Of a stretch of DNA of 64,000 nucleotides, positions 1-14,827 are shown one piece after another. The notes beneath the pieces are model-generated. The model was not told the DNA's origin and made no database searches. It saw only the letters and a program-made list of their open reading frames with translations. Source of the DNA: Eledone cirrhosa (Eukaryota); contig OZ024743.1 in NCBI GenBank assembly GCA_964016885.1, positions 4,526,001-4,590,000 on the forward strand, given 5' to 3'. Both the position numbers and the translations under genes were made by a program. Numbering within the stretch: position 1 is the first letter of the stretch; each line of letters begins with the position of its first letter.

Positions 1-50
1 AAGGATTGTAAATAAAACGAGTAAATCAGACAAAGTTGGAATTCCTTTTA

Positions 51-171
<121 letters not shown>

Positions 172-510
172 ATATATATCCCTCTCTCACTTCCTCCCGT
201 TTGACCTGTGTGAAATCCTTTTCTCGCTCACATCTCACCCATGTCGGATGGTCTGTATCTCTCGTCCATGATTTCACCAAGCTTAAGCTTATAGATATCA
301 TGTACTTGTCTCTTCCTATCTTTCCGTTGCAATACCATCTTTGTTTGTTTACATGTCTCGCTCGCTTCACGCTATTTTACTTGTCCCAATAACTTTATTT
401 AGTTATTGCTCGCACCAACCAGAGGTTTATGATTTTTAAAGCGATGAAATACCAATGAAGGTTGAAAGATCACTGATGAAGGACTAATTTTATTCATATA
501 TATATATATA

Positions 511-817
511 TATAAAGAAAAGGAGATGAAATCGAAAATGCAACTGGAGTCTTATTTTTTTAAAAAATATATATATATATTTGGTTCCTTTACCGGTTTC
601 GCAGTTCTTCAGATGTGAGAAAAACCACAGACCCTCCATCTCAACTCACCTTTTGAAAAGCAGAAGAACTGCGAAACCGGTAAAGGAACCAAATAAATAT
701 ATATATTTTTAAAAAAAATAAGACTCCCGTTGCATTTTCGATTTCATCTCTTTTTCTTTATACTTTCACTCGTGTAGGACACCTCAGTTATTTTTCATTT
801 TGTAAAAAAAACCTCAC

Positions 818-823
<6 letters not shown>
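511..823 (+). mobile_element. Penelope-type hairpin-plus-tail island (inverted pLTR remnant) between (TA)n tracts
   Basis: Inverted arms ~511-610 and ~663-762, unpaired tail 763-823, hammerhead motif at the right arm. Confidence 0.7.
649..686 (+). ncRNA. Type I hammerhead ribozyme motif, U3-A8 core variant
   Basis: CCUU-UUGAAAA-GCAG(AAGAA)CUGC-GAAA-CCGG-UA-AAGG: helix I CCUU/AAGG, helix II GCAG/CUGC, palindromic helix III ACCGGU, GUA cleavage triplet. Confidence 0.7.
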
Positions 824-848
<25 letters not shown>

Positions 849-1310
849 CATACATATATATGGATATATATGTATACATACACACACACACACATATATA
901 TATATATATTCAAGAAGTTATGTACAGAGTACCATGCTCGGGAAACTCTTTCCCTTTAAACTAGAGAAAAAACAAAAAATCATAGCAGCACCTGTTAAGG
1001 CCTTTCAAACGAAAGAGATGGTTTGAACTCAAAAGGATCCACATGTTTAGAAAAAGTCGCCCCAGAAATAGGAAATCATTTTCACACCACCTGAGCGTCA
1101 ACATAATTTTAATTTCTATTCTATCGCATTTTACACTAGTTTTTGTTCTTTGTTTTATATTCACTATTTAACATATGCACATGCGGATACTCCACGTCGA
1201 TCATACTAATTTCATCACATCCAACACCATCATTTTTCAAATGTCTAGTCTTTTGGAGTACATAATTGGACTATCATCTTGGATTCCATTGTCTCTTTAC
1301 TGACATGGAT

Positions 1311-1365
1311 AATACCTGCTGATGAAAGCAAATCAGTTCCACTTGTTTCTGAAATTGGTGTATTT
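1311..1365 (+). ncRNA. Degenerate hammerhead-like motif
   Basis: CUGAUGA-AAGCAA...UUGUUU-CU-GAAA present, but helices I and III are poor. Lies ~90 nt upstream of a TA/TG tract like the other motifs. Confidence 0.3.
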
Positions 1366-1484
1366 TTATGATTACATTTTTATATAATTCTATATGATTT
1401 TATATTTCAGACTTGAAGTACTTTATTGTCGATATTCAATATACTGAATACATATAAATATATACGTATGTAGATGTGTATGCA

Positions 1485-1630
<146 letters not shown>

Positions 1631-4362
1631 CGCGCGAAAACGAAACGATAATCAGAGTCAGTCTTTTCGAATGAGTAATATCATAGAATTTTATAATTCC
1701 GGTGTTATATTTTTTAATGTGAGGAACAACTTATTTATGCTGCTACACCAATCCATCAATTCTACAATGAGAAATGATGATGCAATATTTTCTACTGAAT
1801 TTTAAAACCATAAGTAAATAAATTAACAAATTATATCTCATCTTATATGAAAATATAGCGCTTGTCAAATCTCCAAACATGCCTTGCAATATTTTATTTT
1901 TACTTTTCATACATTGTGCTTTCATTCTATGGCGAGCTATAAAACAACTACCCACAATTCTTTTTGTTAGGTCAGCCATGGCTGAGCAGATCCATGACTG
2001 AGGGCATTTCAACCGTGTCCATCCTGAGATGTTTTTGGTATAGTGTATTTTGGACTAGATTATTTAGTATGAGTTTTCTTTCTAAAGATATTTTTGGGCA
2101 ATTTGGTTGCTCTCCCTTACAAACCAAGAGGTGACATAGAGGCTTCCCAGCTGACTTCCGATAAGAACCAATAATATGATGGCGTCGATTCAGTTGGTCG
2201 TACCTCTTTTGAATCATAAATCGCTTTGTACCTATTCTAAAATTCGTATCGATGTGTTGATAATGATGATCAAAAGATAATTTAGCAGAGTTTGTAATCC
2301 GGTTTCAATTCCTTAGTTAAATACTTGTTTTCTCACAGATAATTCCTTTCAGAAGGGTCCATGCCCCCAACCTTCCATTTTCAAATAAAATAAATTTGAA
2401 AAGTTAAGAATGGCAGCTAATTGAGATAAACGACCAGGATATTACAATAATTGTCTTCGATTCTTGCTGGTGAATATTCCGAGTTTCATTTTCCTGTAGT
2501 CAATAAGTAATAGTAAAACATTTCATCCAAATTATTATTGTCAATCTCGACAATAAGAATTTTTCATCGGCTTCCCAACTTTAGATTATATTTCTTTTGT
2601 ACGGAGTTAAAAACAAACCAATGTGGAATCAAAAGTAATAATCAATACAAATAATTAATTAGAGATCATAAAATCTAGACTTTGGTTCTATTGTTCAAAG
2701 CTATATACAATCCCTCGTCTGCATTACAAATTTCTCTTATAGACAGTTTGTCTTAGATTTATAGAATAGAAATATGGATTTGTGGTATTCGTTCTTCTAT
2801 CAAAGTTGTAAAGAATCAAAATAGTTAAAAGCAAAGGATAACAAGAAACGAAAGTCAGTGGCTGATTCGGTTCGTCAAAAGATTACTACATCTGAACCAT
2901 GCTTCTTTCTTCGAATTAATGGAGATATCTTACTTAATTGTGATCATCACAAAACAAAATGTAAAATTTTGGTTGAGTCGAAATTGCATCATTGTTTCGA
3001 TTTTGGTTTAAAGTCATCATTTAGTTAATGGATTGGAATGAAATATTTAGGCTCTTATTTACCCTTACATTTAAATATAAAACATTTTTTTAACAAGTGA
3101 AAAGAAACCTGTATTAAGCTCCTATTTAGGATGAAGACCTCACATACAAATGAAATATTACGATGTTCATTCATTCCTCAAGAGCAATTAGCAATATAAG
3201 TAAGGTTAATTTAGTGTAAAATGGAATCTAAACTGGGTTGTAGAATCAGTCAACATGGAACTTGCTTCTTATTCGATTAGAAGTATTTCTGCAAACAGTA
3301 ATAGAGTTAATTCCTGGCACGTGTGTTTGTACTTACTTACTTTTATAAAGGGGAGGGGCATCGAGGTTCTTTTTATTAAATAAATACTAGAGGAAACTGG
3401 TATGAGTAGGGCGGACTGAAAAGAAGTAGAAACATAAATATACGCTATTAAGAATATCTGATAAAAAGCCTAGATAACCGAAATAATTTCTGTAAATGGT
3501 GTTTTAAAAGGGAAGAAAATAGTATACAAAGCTGAGAAATGAGTTGAGATTAAAACTTGAAGTTAAGTTCGTTTCAAACGGAATCAAAGATTCAAAGCGC
3601 AGACGATATTTGAGGTTTTAAAGGCTTTTTGATAAGATTAATAGTAGATTAACCATTCCTATATAAAAGCCACACAGTCCACAAGAAAAATACCTTTATT
3701 TGTTACTTGTTATTACATTCATTTCACACCAAGCCAACGAGGGAAGCTTCTACATGAGTGTTCGGCTTACAGTCAAAGCATTCTCATATTACCCAACACA
3801 GGATAGGCATGCTAGATCATAGCTTACTTGAATATAAGCAAAAAATTCTAAACAAAACAAAGAACTGAATTTATGTCAAATTCTCTCTTCTTGGCCAACA
3901 TACATGCAATTATTTCTACTTCAAAATCATGCTCTATAATTTTATACGCGGAGGAACAAATTGATAATGTAGTCTTAGATACAACATTTTGTATGTCATA
4001 GTTTAATAGATTGTTGCATGCTTTCTCATTAAAGCAAATTCTTCTGATACATGCAATGTGGTGAATTATAATTGGCTTTATTGGAAACATGACTAGACTA
4101 TGACGTCAAAGTGGTGGGCAAAGCTTCTCCCTGTTACCTAATTTCACTTTTTATACAGTCCATGAAATAAGACTAACTACATGAAACATGTAAGTGCGGG
4201 TCTGTAATTATAGTTACTTTATATATGGCTCTTTCAAAATGGAATAAGTATGAATTGCTACATTAAAACGATGAATTCTTCATCAAGTGTTGATCGAACT
4301 ATTCCAGACAAATCGACTTCTTTTGCCTTCCTGCAGATACGACATCGGTAAAAGCCTAATAT

Positions 4363-4398
<36 letters not shown>

Positions 4399-4405
<7 letters not shown>

Positions 4406-4795
4406 TTAAAGCAATGAAATAAAAATTCAAGTAATTAGAAATATACTTCACTGCTTTACGATCGTTTCTAGGTGATGATAATACATCGTAACCATACTTG
4501 GTTATCGATCTATGTAAGGTTAGATTTTTTTTGTAACTAACCTTACATAGATCGATAACGAAATATGGTTACGATGTATTAGCATCACCTAGAAACGATC
4601 GTAAAGCAGTGAAGTATATTTCTAATGACTTGGATTTTTATTTCATTGTTTTAACTTATATCATGACTCTGTTTTCCTTTTAATGTTTTATTGTTTTCCG
4701 GGATTTATTTTAACCTACAAAATGTTCAACATATGGATTACATTGAGTTATTCATGCAGACTGGACCCCACAACTTACTGTGGATATCTCTGTGT
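4399..4795 (+). mobile_element. Penelope-type hairpin-plus-tail island
   Basis: ~125-bp inverted arms (4399-4523 / 4537-4661), tail to ~4795, flanked by (TA)n and (TG)n. Contains a hammerhead 3' half GAAA-CGAUCG-UA. Confidence 0.7.
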
Positions 4796-4804
4796 ATATA
4801 TATA

Positions 4805-4867
<63 letters not shown>

Positions 4868-5272
4868 CACATCCTTATATACCAGGTGAAAAATCTCTAC
4901 CCGAGACGATATTTATATTCTCGCCTTCAAACAAGACACTAAACAACTAAATCCACAGAGTAAAGCAAACATTAATTAGCAACGGATATCCAAATATACA
5001 AATAAACCAAGACACTGAATCACAACGCACCAAGTCTATCTTACAACATGACATATATTACAAATACACAAACCACAAAAGTGGCTACTATTAGAGAATA
5101 TTCTTTATGATATAACAGTCTACTGTTGGACATATATTTATTCAAGACTACTTTTCTTTTCTGTCCACCAGCATTCCATTCCATACATCTTTTACCTGCT
5201 TTTACTTTTGTTAACTGCAGGTATTTTGTTCTATATTTAGTCAATAAATTGTACATGTATTTTATTAACTTA

Positions 5273-5315
5273 ACTAGCTGTCGGAAAGCCTTTTAAGCTT
5301 GAAATATGTCTCGGT
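5273..5315 (+). ncRNA. Degenerate hammerhead-like motif
   Basis: ACUAG-CUGUCGG-AAAGC..GCUU-GAAA-UAUG-UC-UCGGU: core mutated at two positions, topology retained. Confidence 0.35.
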
Positions 5316-6572
5316 CTGTATCACCACTTGCTTCGGACTCTAATTCCGAATATATGCTGCGATTAATAGGATGGGTAATTACTAATAGCCAACCAACCAT
5401 CTTTTTTTAGTGACACGTTCTGAGCTACAAAGATTTTCACCATATATGTGTATATATATATATATAATAATAATAATAATATATATATATATATTGTTTT
5501 CGTATAAAACATCGGTTGGAGATTCTCATTTGATTATAGTGTAAATACAACATCAATTTGTGATGCCCATTGGCATGTAGTGTAAACCTGACCAGATATA
5601 ATTAATTAGCAGTAACACTAACATACATAATAGAGGTGTATATGAAGACATATTCGGCACGTTTATGCATAATAAACGTACTTAAGCACTCTATAGCTGT
5701 GTTAAGCAGTGTGTTGGCCACAGCTGACTCAGTAGTCGTGTGTGATGCCAGACAACTTTATCCGTATTCAGTGACATTTACTAACACGGAACTGAAACAA
5801 GCTTTAGCTACATAGCTTTATGCTTTTTTGCGAATGAAGCATGGACTGCATACAGCGCAAATAAAACTTCACCTTAAGAACTTCAGAATTCTATCTTACC
5901 AGAATATATAACGTTATAACTAGTTACCAGAAATGTATAGTTTTATTTCGCCCAATAAAGTTTATGGACTGAGATATGTCGTTATAAAATGAATGTCAAT
6001 AATTTCTGGCCAGCCTGGTATTAAAGTAAGTTAAAAGGCAACATCAAATATCTAGTCGCAAGTTCGTATCCTTCTTCCGTCGCGAAAGAATTTTTGCGTT
6101 TTAAGTGATTCGCTACACTACGGACTTGAGACGTTAAAAAATTGTTATATTCGAAAATATGTACGGGTTTGAAGCTCTTCAAAACTGTACTGCTGGGCGG
6201 TTTCAACCATGCCACTGCTTATTACTGGTTCATATCCCATCTCTACTTACTTATGTTGGATGTCATCAATTTGTAGAGATTTAATAGTCGCATCTTATTA
6301 AATTTCGTATCATATTTAAGTCAAAAATATAAATTACACTTTTCATACACATGTATACATTGATAGATACGTAATGAAACACATTTTTACTCACATAGTT
6401 TCACTAGCAGAAAACCATCCGGTGGGCAGTATTTCTGTCAGCACACACACACATATATACACATATTATATAACCGACTTAAAACTCAGGCCCATCATAG
6501 CAGGCCGGATTTGTGAGACGCATCACCTACGTACTTTTCTTAGACATCTTATTAAAACTTCTCGTCAAACAC

Positions 6573-7196
6573 AAGTATTGATGGTCGACCCTATCAAATG
6601 CCTTAGACTGATCTAAATTGATCAGAGCTCCACCGAAGCCAGGTTTACACCCTACCCTCTCTATGATGTATCGCATTAGGTGGAGGTTGTGTATGGACCT
6701 GATCGGGATTGCACACGTTTGGGCTTCCCCTACCAGGTTCTCGACGACAAGCGCCAGCTTTGCTGCTAACACCTTGGCCAAAATCTTTAACTCTGTGTTG
6801 AGCAGAGTTATGGGCCTGAAATTGCTTATCTCATCCCCCTTGTTCTCTTCTTTCCTGATCAGCGCCACTACGCTTCTGCCTACAGAACTGGGAATCCTCC
6901 CGTTATGCTGCCAGTTGCAATAGACCGCTTCGAGGACGCCAGAGAACAAGTCTGGCATGCCTATGTAAAACTCATAGGGTAGACCATCTAAACCGGGTGA
7001 TTTGCGTTTCCCGCAGCGGCCTAGGGCATCTTCTATTTCGCCCGCTGTGATCGGCCTTTCGCAGCTCTCCGCATCCGTGCTCGAGAGTCGCGGTACGCCG
7101 TCAAGGTAGGAGCTGAAGTCCATCACCTCGCTCGATGTACCGCTTTACCCGAACAGTTGTGCAAAATGCTGCTGGAAGGCCGTGCACATCTGCTTG
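6573..7196 (-). mobile_element. Tx1-like LINE fragment (RT N-terminal region), related subfamily
   Basis: ORF 6527..7126 is paralogous to the large copy (KSPGLDGLPYEFY, NFRPITLLNTELKILAK, LDQSKAFDRVDH). The 5' junction abuts GATA tract 7197-7268. The 3' part is lost. Confidence 0.92.
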
Positions 7197-7228
<32 letters not shown>

Positions 7229-7229
7229 T

Positions 7230-7268
<39 letters not shown>

Positions 7269-10200
7269 TATTTCTTTATTTACCATAAAGGCATAAAAAG
7301 AAGGGACAAATACATAGGGGGAGTTTACATAAAACCGAGTAAAAAGGGTGTAACATGAAAATAATCGAAAATAACCTCAAAAGGGAGGTGACGTGATGGG
7401 GGTTGCACACACCCCTGAAAAAGTGTGCAATCCTTTGCCCGGGGAGCACATGGAGAAGGTGCTCCCCTCTCCTTTACTTCTTTACCTACAGGATGGTATA
7501 CAGAGAAGGCCCACTTACACGAGCCATTCTCGCCACTATCACCCACCTTTCATAAAACTGCCTGTGGTCAAGCACCTCTCTCTCCATTCTTATCCTTCTT
7601 CCGAAGTGATATCGGAAGAAGTAGACCAGACTATGGCCAGAGAGGAAGTTGCCTGACCTCAGACCTTTCAATCGTGTCCACCAAACAACCTCTTTCAACA
7701 TGGCTATTACGCACAGAAAAACCGCCTTTGCTTCCTTTGTGAAGAGGGGAGGCGGTTTGATTGTCATCACGGACTCGGCGGTCAATTTAATCGGCGCCAC
7801 CCGCGACAGCAGTCGTTCGGCGTAGCCCCACAGATCAGCCACGCCCGGACATTGCACCAATGCGTGCGCAACGGTTTCTTCGTGACGCACGCATCTAGGG
7901 CAAATCTTTTTTGAGGGATCCCTGCCCGGGCGCCCGTGTCTGTAGAGCCTCTCTCGAACGGGTAGAGCCCCCCGGTAGCACTGCCAGGCCAGTGACTTCT
8001 GGAAGTTGTCCATTGGTCCTGGGCCGAAAGTCCTACCGAACAGGCTGGCCAGTTCGTCTTCCTCCATGTCTAGCGACTCTCCAAGGGTGTCATCGCCCCT
8101 GCTAGCCACCAGCCCTCTATAGAATGATGAGGTGGATTCTCCGCCGATGGCCTGGCCCGCTTGCCAGAGAGCCCTGAGCGCCTGAGCACACTCAGTGTGC
8201 CAGTCTCCCAGTTTTCCGGATCTTTGCTTGACCCAGGACTGTAGCTCGGTGAGTGAGACGAGTCTCGGAAAGGCTCGTTTCACGAACGGAGCCCACACCG
8301 GTTGACCAGTGAGGAATACCTGTAGGTGCCGTAGCCTTAATGCGTGCCTACGCATCATCAACCACGGCATCCCCAGCCCTCCTTTCGAAGGTTGTTGGCA
8401 GCAGATGGATTTTCTCACCATAGGAGGGCGCTTCTTCCAAAGAAATTGGAAGAGCATGCATTCCATGGTGGTGAGTGTTTCCTTAGGGCAAGGCACGACA
8501 GTCAGGCGGTAGTAAGTGACGGACGCTATGTAAATGTTCGCCACCTCCGCCCGGCCTTTTAGGGACAGCTTACACTTGGCCCATTTCTGGGTTAGTGCAA
8601 ACACCTTGTTCGTAACCTCGTTCCAGTTCTTTTCCACCTGGAGATCCGGTCCAAACCAGACCCCAAGCAACTTTACCGGGCCCTCCGTCCAGTGTCCGAC
8701 GACACCGTCAGGAGGCATCGGTCTGCCTCTCCACGTTCCGAGTTGCAGCCCGATGGATTTTTCCCGGTTCAGTTTCGCTCCTGACAACCTTTCGTACTCC
8801 TCCAGTAAGATACCGATCGCCTCGATCTCCGAGTCGGTCGATACCATTACTGTTACGTCATCGGCGTAGGCCGACACCGCTTTGCTCAATCCTGGTTCCA
8901 GGGGGATACCCTGCAACAACTCCAACTTCCTCAATAAAGGCTCGAGAGTCAATACGTACAGAAGGGAGGAGAGAGGGCACTCCTGTCGAATGGATCGTGT
9001 GATTTCGAACGGCTTCGAAAGGTAGCCGTTCACCTTGATCCTAGAACAGATGTGGTTGCTATGTAAGGCAGTGATCCAGCCTCTGAAAACAGGACCGAAC
9101 CCAGCCGCCGCTAGCACCGCATCCAGGTAACCATGGTCGACCCTATCGAAGGCCTTAGACTGATCCAAGTTGATCAGGGCCCCACCGAAGCCGGGTTTGT
9201 TGCCAACCCTCTCTATGATGTATCGCATGAGGTGGAGGTTATCGTGAATGGACCTGGATGGGATAGCACATGTCTGCGCATCTCCCACCAGTCCACGCAC
9301 GACAAGCGCCAACCTCTTTGCTAACACCTTGGCCAAAATCTTTAACTCTGTGTTTAGCAGGGTTATGGGCCGAAAATTATTTATACTATCTCCCTTGTTC
9401 TCGTCCTTCCTCACCAGCGTGACTACGCCCTTGGCTACAGAACAAGGAATTCTCCCGTTCTGCTGCCAATTGCAGTAGACCGCTTCGAGGAGTTCGGAGA
9501 AGAAGACCGGCATTGCTAAATAAAGTTCGTAAGGTATACCATCGAGACCTGGAGATTTGCGTCTGCTGCATTGGCTCAGCGCATCTCCGATCTCATCAGC
9601 CGAGATTGGTCCCTCGCAGGACTCTGCCTCTTCGCTCGAGAGACGCGGCAGGCCGTCGAGGTATGGACCGAAATCCACGCCCCCGCCCGGACCCCCGCCT
9701 CCCCCGAACAATCGGGCAAAGTGTCTTTGAAAGGCCTCGCACATCTGCTTAGGCTCCCGGATCACCCGTCCATCTTCGTCTTGCAACGACCGGATGGTGG
9801 ATCGATTTCCACTCTTAGCTTCTGTCACGCGGGCCCAGCCAACGGCTTTGGCCCCCTCATTACCTAGAGCACGTATTTTACTTCGAATGACGCAGCCTTC
9901 GTGCTTTGCATCGAAAAACTGGTTCAAGGCCGTCCTCGATGCCAGCACTCTGGCCACATCTTCGCTCTTGATTGCCTCTTCTAATTTACCTGTTAATTCT
10001 TTCTCGTTTCTATTCCTATCGGCAGCTAACATCTTGCTATAACTTATTGATTCTGTTCTAATCTCTCTTTTGAGAGATGCCCACCATCGGTTGTTGACGA
10101 TTGCACCCGTCAACCTCTCCTTAACTAATCTGCTAATCCGGTTTCTGTAAGTCTCTTTTGCCGGTAAAGACAAATTAAGTTTCCAGTAACCGGGACCCTG

Positions 10201-10304
10201 TTTATGTGTTTTCTCGAGATTGACTACGCAGGTCACGAATTTGTGATCCGTGTAGCCAACCGTGCGCATTTCTGGACAGCTTAATATGTCCCTATCCTTA
10301 CTAC

Positions 10305-10305
<1 letters not shown>
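7269..10305 (-). mobile_element. Tx1/L1-clade non-LTR retrotransposon, 5'-truncated, inserted in (GATA)n
   Basis: Open frame from the end of the APE endonuclease (GYTDHKFV, PGYWKLN) through RT (KSPGLDG, FRPITLLN, LDQSKAFDRV, AYADD) to a CCHC knuckle (CPRC...HALVQC). Stop at 7486, ~215-bp 3' UTR ending AAATAAAGAAATA. GATA tracts on both sides. Confidence 0.95.
7486..10305 (-). CDS. ORF2 (partial APE endonuclease, reverse transcriptase, zinc knuckle) of the Tx1-like LINE; no native start
   Basis: ORF track 7486..10389. The first ~28 residues are translated neighbouring UTR stub and GATA microsatellite. The remainder is uninterrupted L1/Tx1 ORF2. Confidence 0.9.
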
Positions 10306-10358
<53 letters not shown>

Positions 10359-10359
<1 letters not shown>

Positions 10360-10614
10360 TGTTTCTTTTATTTGCCACCAGGGCATCAAAAGTGGGACAA
10401 GTACAATGGGGGGAGTTTACAAAACAAGGCGTCCTCAATAAGGAGGAGGCAATAACAATATATAAAAATAAAATAAAATATAACAAAAAATAAAATTTAT
10501 AACAAAGTCCTCAATAGAGAGGAGGCGCCTTGGGGGTCGCACACACCCCCGAAAAAAGTGTGCAACCCTTCTTCTCAGGAGCACAGAGAAGGGGTGCTCC
10601 CTTGGTCTTTCATC

Positions 10615-10615
<1 letters not shown>
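10359..10615 (-). mobile_element. Tx1-like LINE 3' UTR-only insertion in (GATA)n
   Basis: Reverse complement closely matches 28817-29072, the 3' UTR of the + strand copy. GATA repeats on both sides. Confidence 0.9.
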
Positions 10616-10653
<38 letters not shown>

Positions 10654-10796
10654 TTAGGCGTGTATGTATATATATACGCACACACGTGTGTATGTATGCA
10701 TGGGTGTATGTTTTTTATGTTTTCTGAAACTAATCTGAGCTTCCTGCCCCTTAAAGAATGTGCAAGTAACTGTTTGTCTGTCCATGATTATGTGTA

Positions 10797-10832
<36 letters not shown>

Positions 10833-11006
10833 CTCTGTGTGGTGTGTGTGTATGTAATTTCTCTGTGTTATTTTGTTTTGTAGAGCTATGAAATATTTTA
10901 TATTAACCGATAAAATGTTACAATAACATCTTTATACCTGTAAAGCAAAGGATTTCGAAGAGATGATACTCGTGCATTTCTACACGCACATACACATATA
11001 CATATG

Positions 11007-11086
<80 letters not shown>

Positions 11087-11916
11087 AGAGAGAGAGAGAG
11101 AGAAAGAGATACATATACATAAGCGTGCTAGTCTTGTAACTTTCATAATGAAACCATTTTCTGTGACCATTGAAAGCTGAAGATAAGCTTTAAAATGTGC
11201 ACGAAAGTTGTTTTGATAAGTGTGGGTTTCTATGTTATTTTTATATTTAATTCTCTTCCGCGTGGCTTATAAAGTAGGATATACAACATATATGAAAAAG
11301 AAATCGTCACATTGTACATTGAACGGCGTTATACGTTGAGAGATATGTACTTCCTGAACTGACTTGTTGGGATAAAAAAAAAAATCTTCTAAATAGTACA
11401 TTCATATTCAAAGAAAAGGAAGGCAAAACAATGTAATCACAAAAAGATAAAATAATGTCTCTATATAAAAAGTGAGTCGATGCATCACCGATTTAACATC
11501 AATATTAATACTTTAGTGGTGATAGTCGTAGGTGTCGTAGGTGTCGTAGGTAATTTCATGTCGTGGCAGCAACCTAGTTTTAATTCACAACTGAAGTAAT
11601 TTTACTTTACTTCTGGACACGTAATATCCTAAGAAACGTTAAGAACATCACAAATATATTTCTTCTTCATAATATAATTAGAGAGAGTCCCACCGTCAAA
11701 ATTGATAGAAATTCACATAAAGCTATTCATATGAACTGAAATGTAAAAATCGTCTACGGAATTTAAAGCCCCAGCAATGGTTGAATTGAACTGGAAGAGG
11801 TGGAGTTTCCTAGATGGATACGTATCCTTCTAAATATTCATAGGTAGGAAATTAGAGACTAGTATTGTATTAACACTTTCTCTTAATCTTCCTATCTCTC
11901 CCACTATTTTACGGCA

Positions 11917-11964
<48 letters not shown>

Positions 11965-13548
11965 CTCACTCTCTCTCTCTTTCTCTCTTTTTGTATTTCT
12001 CTTCTCCTTACTCTAGATGCAACATTTTACTTCTCTACCACTATTTCCATTCTTCTCCCCCCCCCCTCCTCTCTCTCTCTCTGATTCATGAAAATCGTAT
12101 TCTATTACGTATCTCTCTCTTTCTCTCTCCTCTCTCTCCCTCTCTTTCGTTCTAACAGTATGATGGCAGCGTCTATGAGGCCCAGGAAGGTGAGATTTGT
12201 GAGTAAAGTGGCAGGAGTGAAAGGGAAAGAGAAATAGATAACATAAGAGAAAAAGATTTTATGAAAAGTTTCGCTCAGACAAATACATTTATAGACATAT
12301 TATTTTTGATACCTTGCGCCTCGTCAAACAGAGAAATTCTGTGTACAAAATGGTTTTCTTCACATTTGCCTCTTATGCCTTTAAAAAAGAATAAACATCA
12401 CAACATCCTATTACAAGCATGACTTCCAAAAACTAGTCTATAAATCCCTGGGTGAAATATCTTATGGTATCATGTTTCATCTCTGATTTCTGTTTTAAAA
12501 TCTCACCAGTGTCTTTTCTCCCAATACAAATGCGTCTATTCATTCGATCCAGTCACCCCAACCCAACCTAACTTTATATAAAATGACTTGCCTTGTATCT
12601 AGTCAACAGAGATCCAGTTTAATAGAAGCTATTTTAAACACTTTATTTATAATTTTAATGCGACCAGTTTTATTTAATCTTTTTTTTTAGTGTCTTATGA
12701 AAGGAATGTTGTTCTCGTTTCATTTCCTTACTGTTTAAAATCACGCTGCATCCTAAATGTCGCAACGATGGCTCTGATGAGGAGGAAACAACAGCTCGAC
12801 TATTTTACAGAGCATTCCACATAGAATTATGGGCTACTATTAATAAGACGACTAAATATTACCAAGTATAAATCTTATTAATATCTAAACTTGGATATCC
12901 ATCTTTGAAATTCCTCATTTTCTGTTTAAAATTACTATCCCTTGTCATACATAAGCCATCTATCCTAAAATATGTAGACATATGTTTGTTAATTTTTTCT
13001 AGGCCGCTTTGACTAACATCCATAAAAGTAATATATACATCAACGTGTGTTCCCTGTAAATGGTCAAGCCAGGATTATCTTCTATTTGATGTGACGTCAC
13101 ATGTCACGGAAAGTTGCGGACTACTACTACTACTACTACATTCAATTGTGTCCAGCAACGGAACTTTCCATTACAAGGAGGCGAACTCCTGCTGACGATG
13201 CAATTCCTGACAACTTACGTAATGCATACTAACATTACGTAATTTCTGCACCTGATGGTTCCATTCGGACCACCGCCAGTAGATCGAATCGTAGAAACTG
13301 GTGAATCAGTCCGGATATCTCAATTTCCCTACTGACACGAAGTCGTCTTACTCACTGATTATCATATGTTTACACTCCAGTCGGTTGGGCACGAATTTTA
13401 ATAATAATATGAACATAATTAAATTATTGAGTGAGTGAGGAAACGACCGTAGCTGTGTCCATTCTATTCCATAAGCATTGTCCCATAATTATATATATAT
13501 ATATATATATATACATGCATACGTATACCCACATACGCACACACACAC

Positions 13549-13652
<104 letters not shown>

Positions 13653-14074
13653 TATATCAGATTATGTACAAATGTATCAAACTGTACAGATGGCAGCAGG
13701 CATATGCCTGCTGCCATGACTACAGGATAGTTATACATCCAGCAGCATATCCTAATGAATGCATAACTGAAAATCTGGTTGATCAGTGGATCTGCTAATA
13801 TGCAGATCCGACTGATCAGCCAGTCTGCTAATATGCAAATCAGGCCGATCAGTCACTGTATATTTTAGAAAATAGCATATATTTTCACTAGCTTTGACAG
13901 TTGGCAGGTGAAGAGTGAGCTGTACTGATGAAGGGTGATACCCAGAAACATTAGTGTCTGCAGTTCTGTTTACATGCCAACACAAGAGCAAGAATGAAGG
14001 GTTCATTCTACTGACTGGCTTTAAAAATGAGGCTTGTTTGCATAATTGCAAACGAATCGAACGTTATTAATTTA

Positions 14075-14150
14075 TGGCCCTTTACGTTCTGAGTTCAAAT
14101 CCCGCCGAGGTTAACTTTGCCTTTCATCCTTACGGGGTCGATAAAATAAA
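14075..14150 (+). mobile_element. tRNA-derived SINE, partial
   Basis: GAGTTCAAATCCCGCCGAGG...TTTGCCTTTCATCCTTACGGGGTCGATAAAATAAA shared with the full copies at 17444 and 50175. Confidence 0.8.
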
Positions 14151-14263
14151 TGTTATATATTGTATTATATATTATATATATTTGAGAATTAGTCAGCATT
14201 ATACATTATATCTCAATGAATAGTATCACTTAGAATATTTGAGATAGTTTAATATTTGTATTT

Positions 14264-14827
<564 letters not shown>

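Noticed and set aside
1743-2217. Overlapping minus-strand ORFs
   Set aside because: No recognisable domain.
3848-6215. Possible decayed hAT transposase pieces (3848..4090 and 6021..6215, minus)
   Set aside because: Only vague motif resemblance, with no TIR or TSD found.
12770-12815. CTGATGAGGAGGAAAC as a hammerhead
   Set aside because: No convincing helix II or III and no cleavage triplet with a matching helix I. Not next to a TA tract.
13340-13490. Degenerate hairpin with GAAACGACCGTA
   Set aside because: Resembles a hammerhead 3' half before (TA)n, but the CUGANGA half is missing and the arms are too decayed to call.
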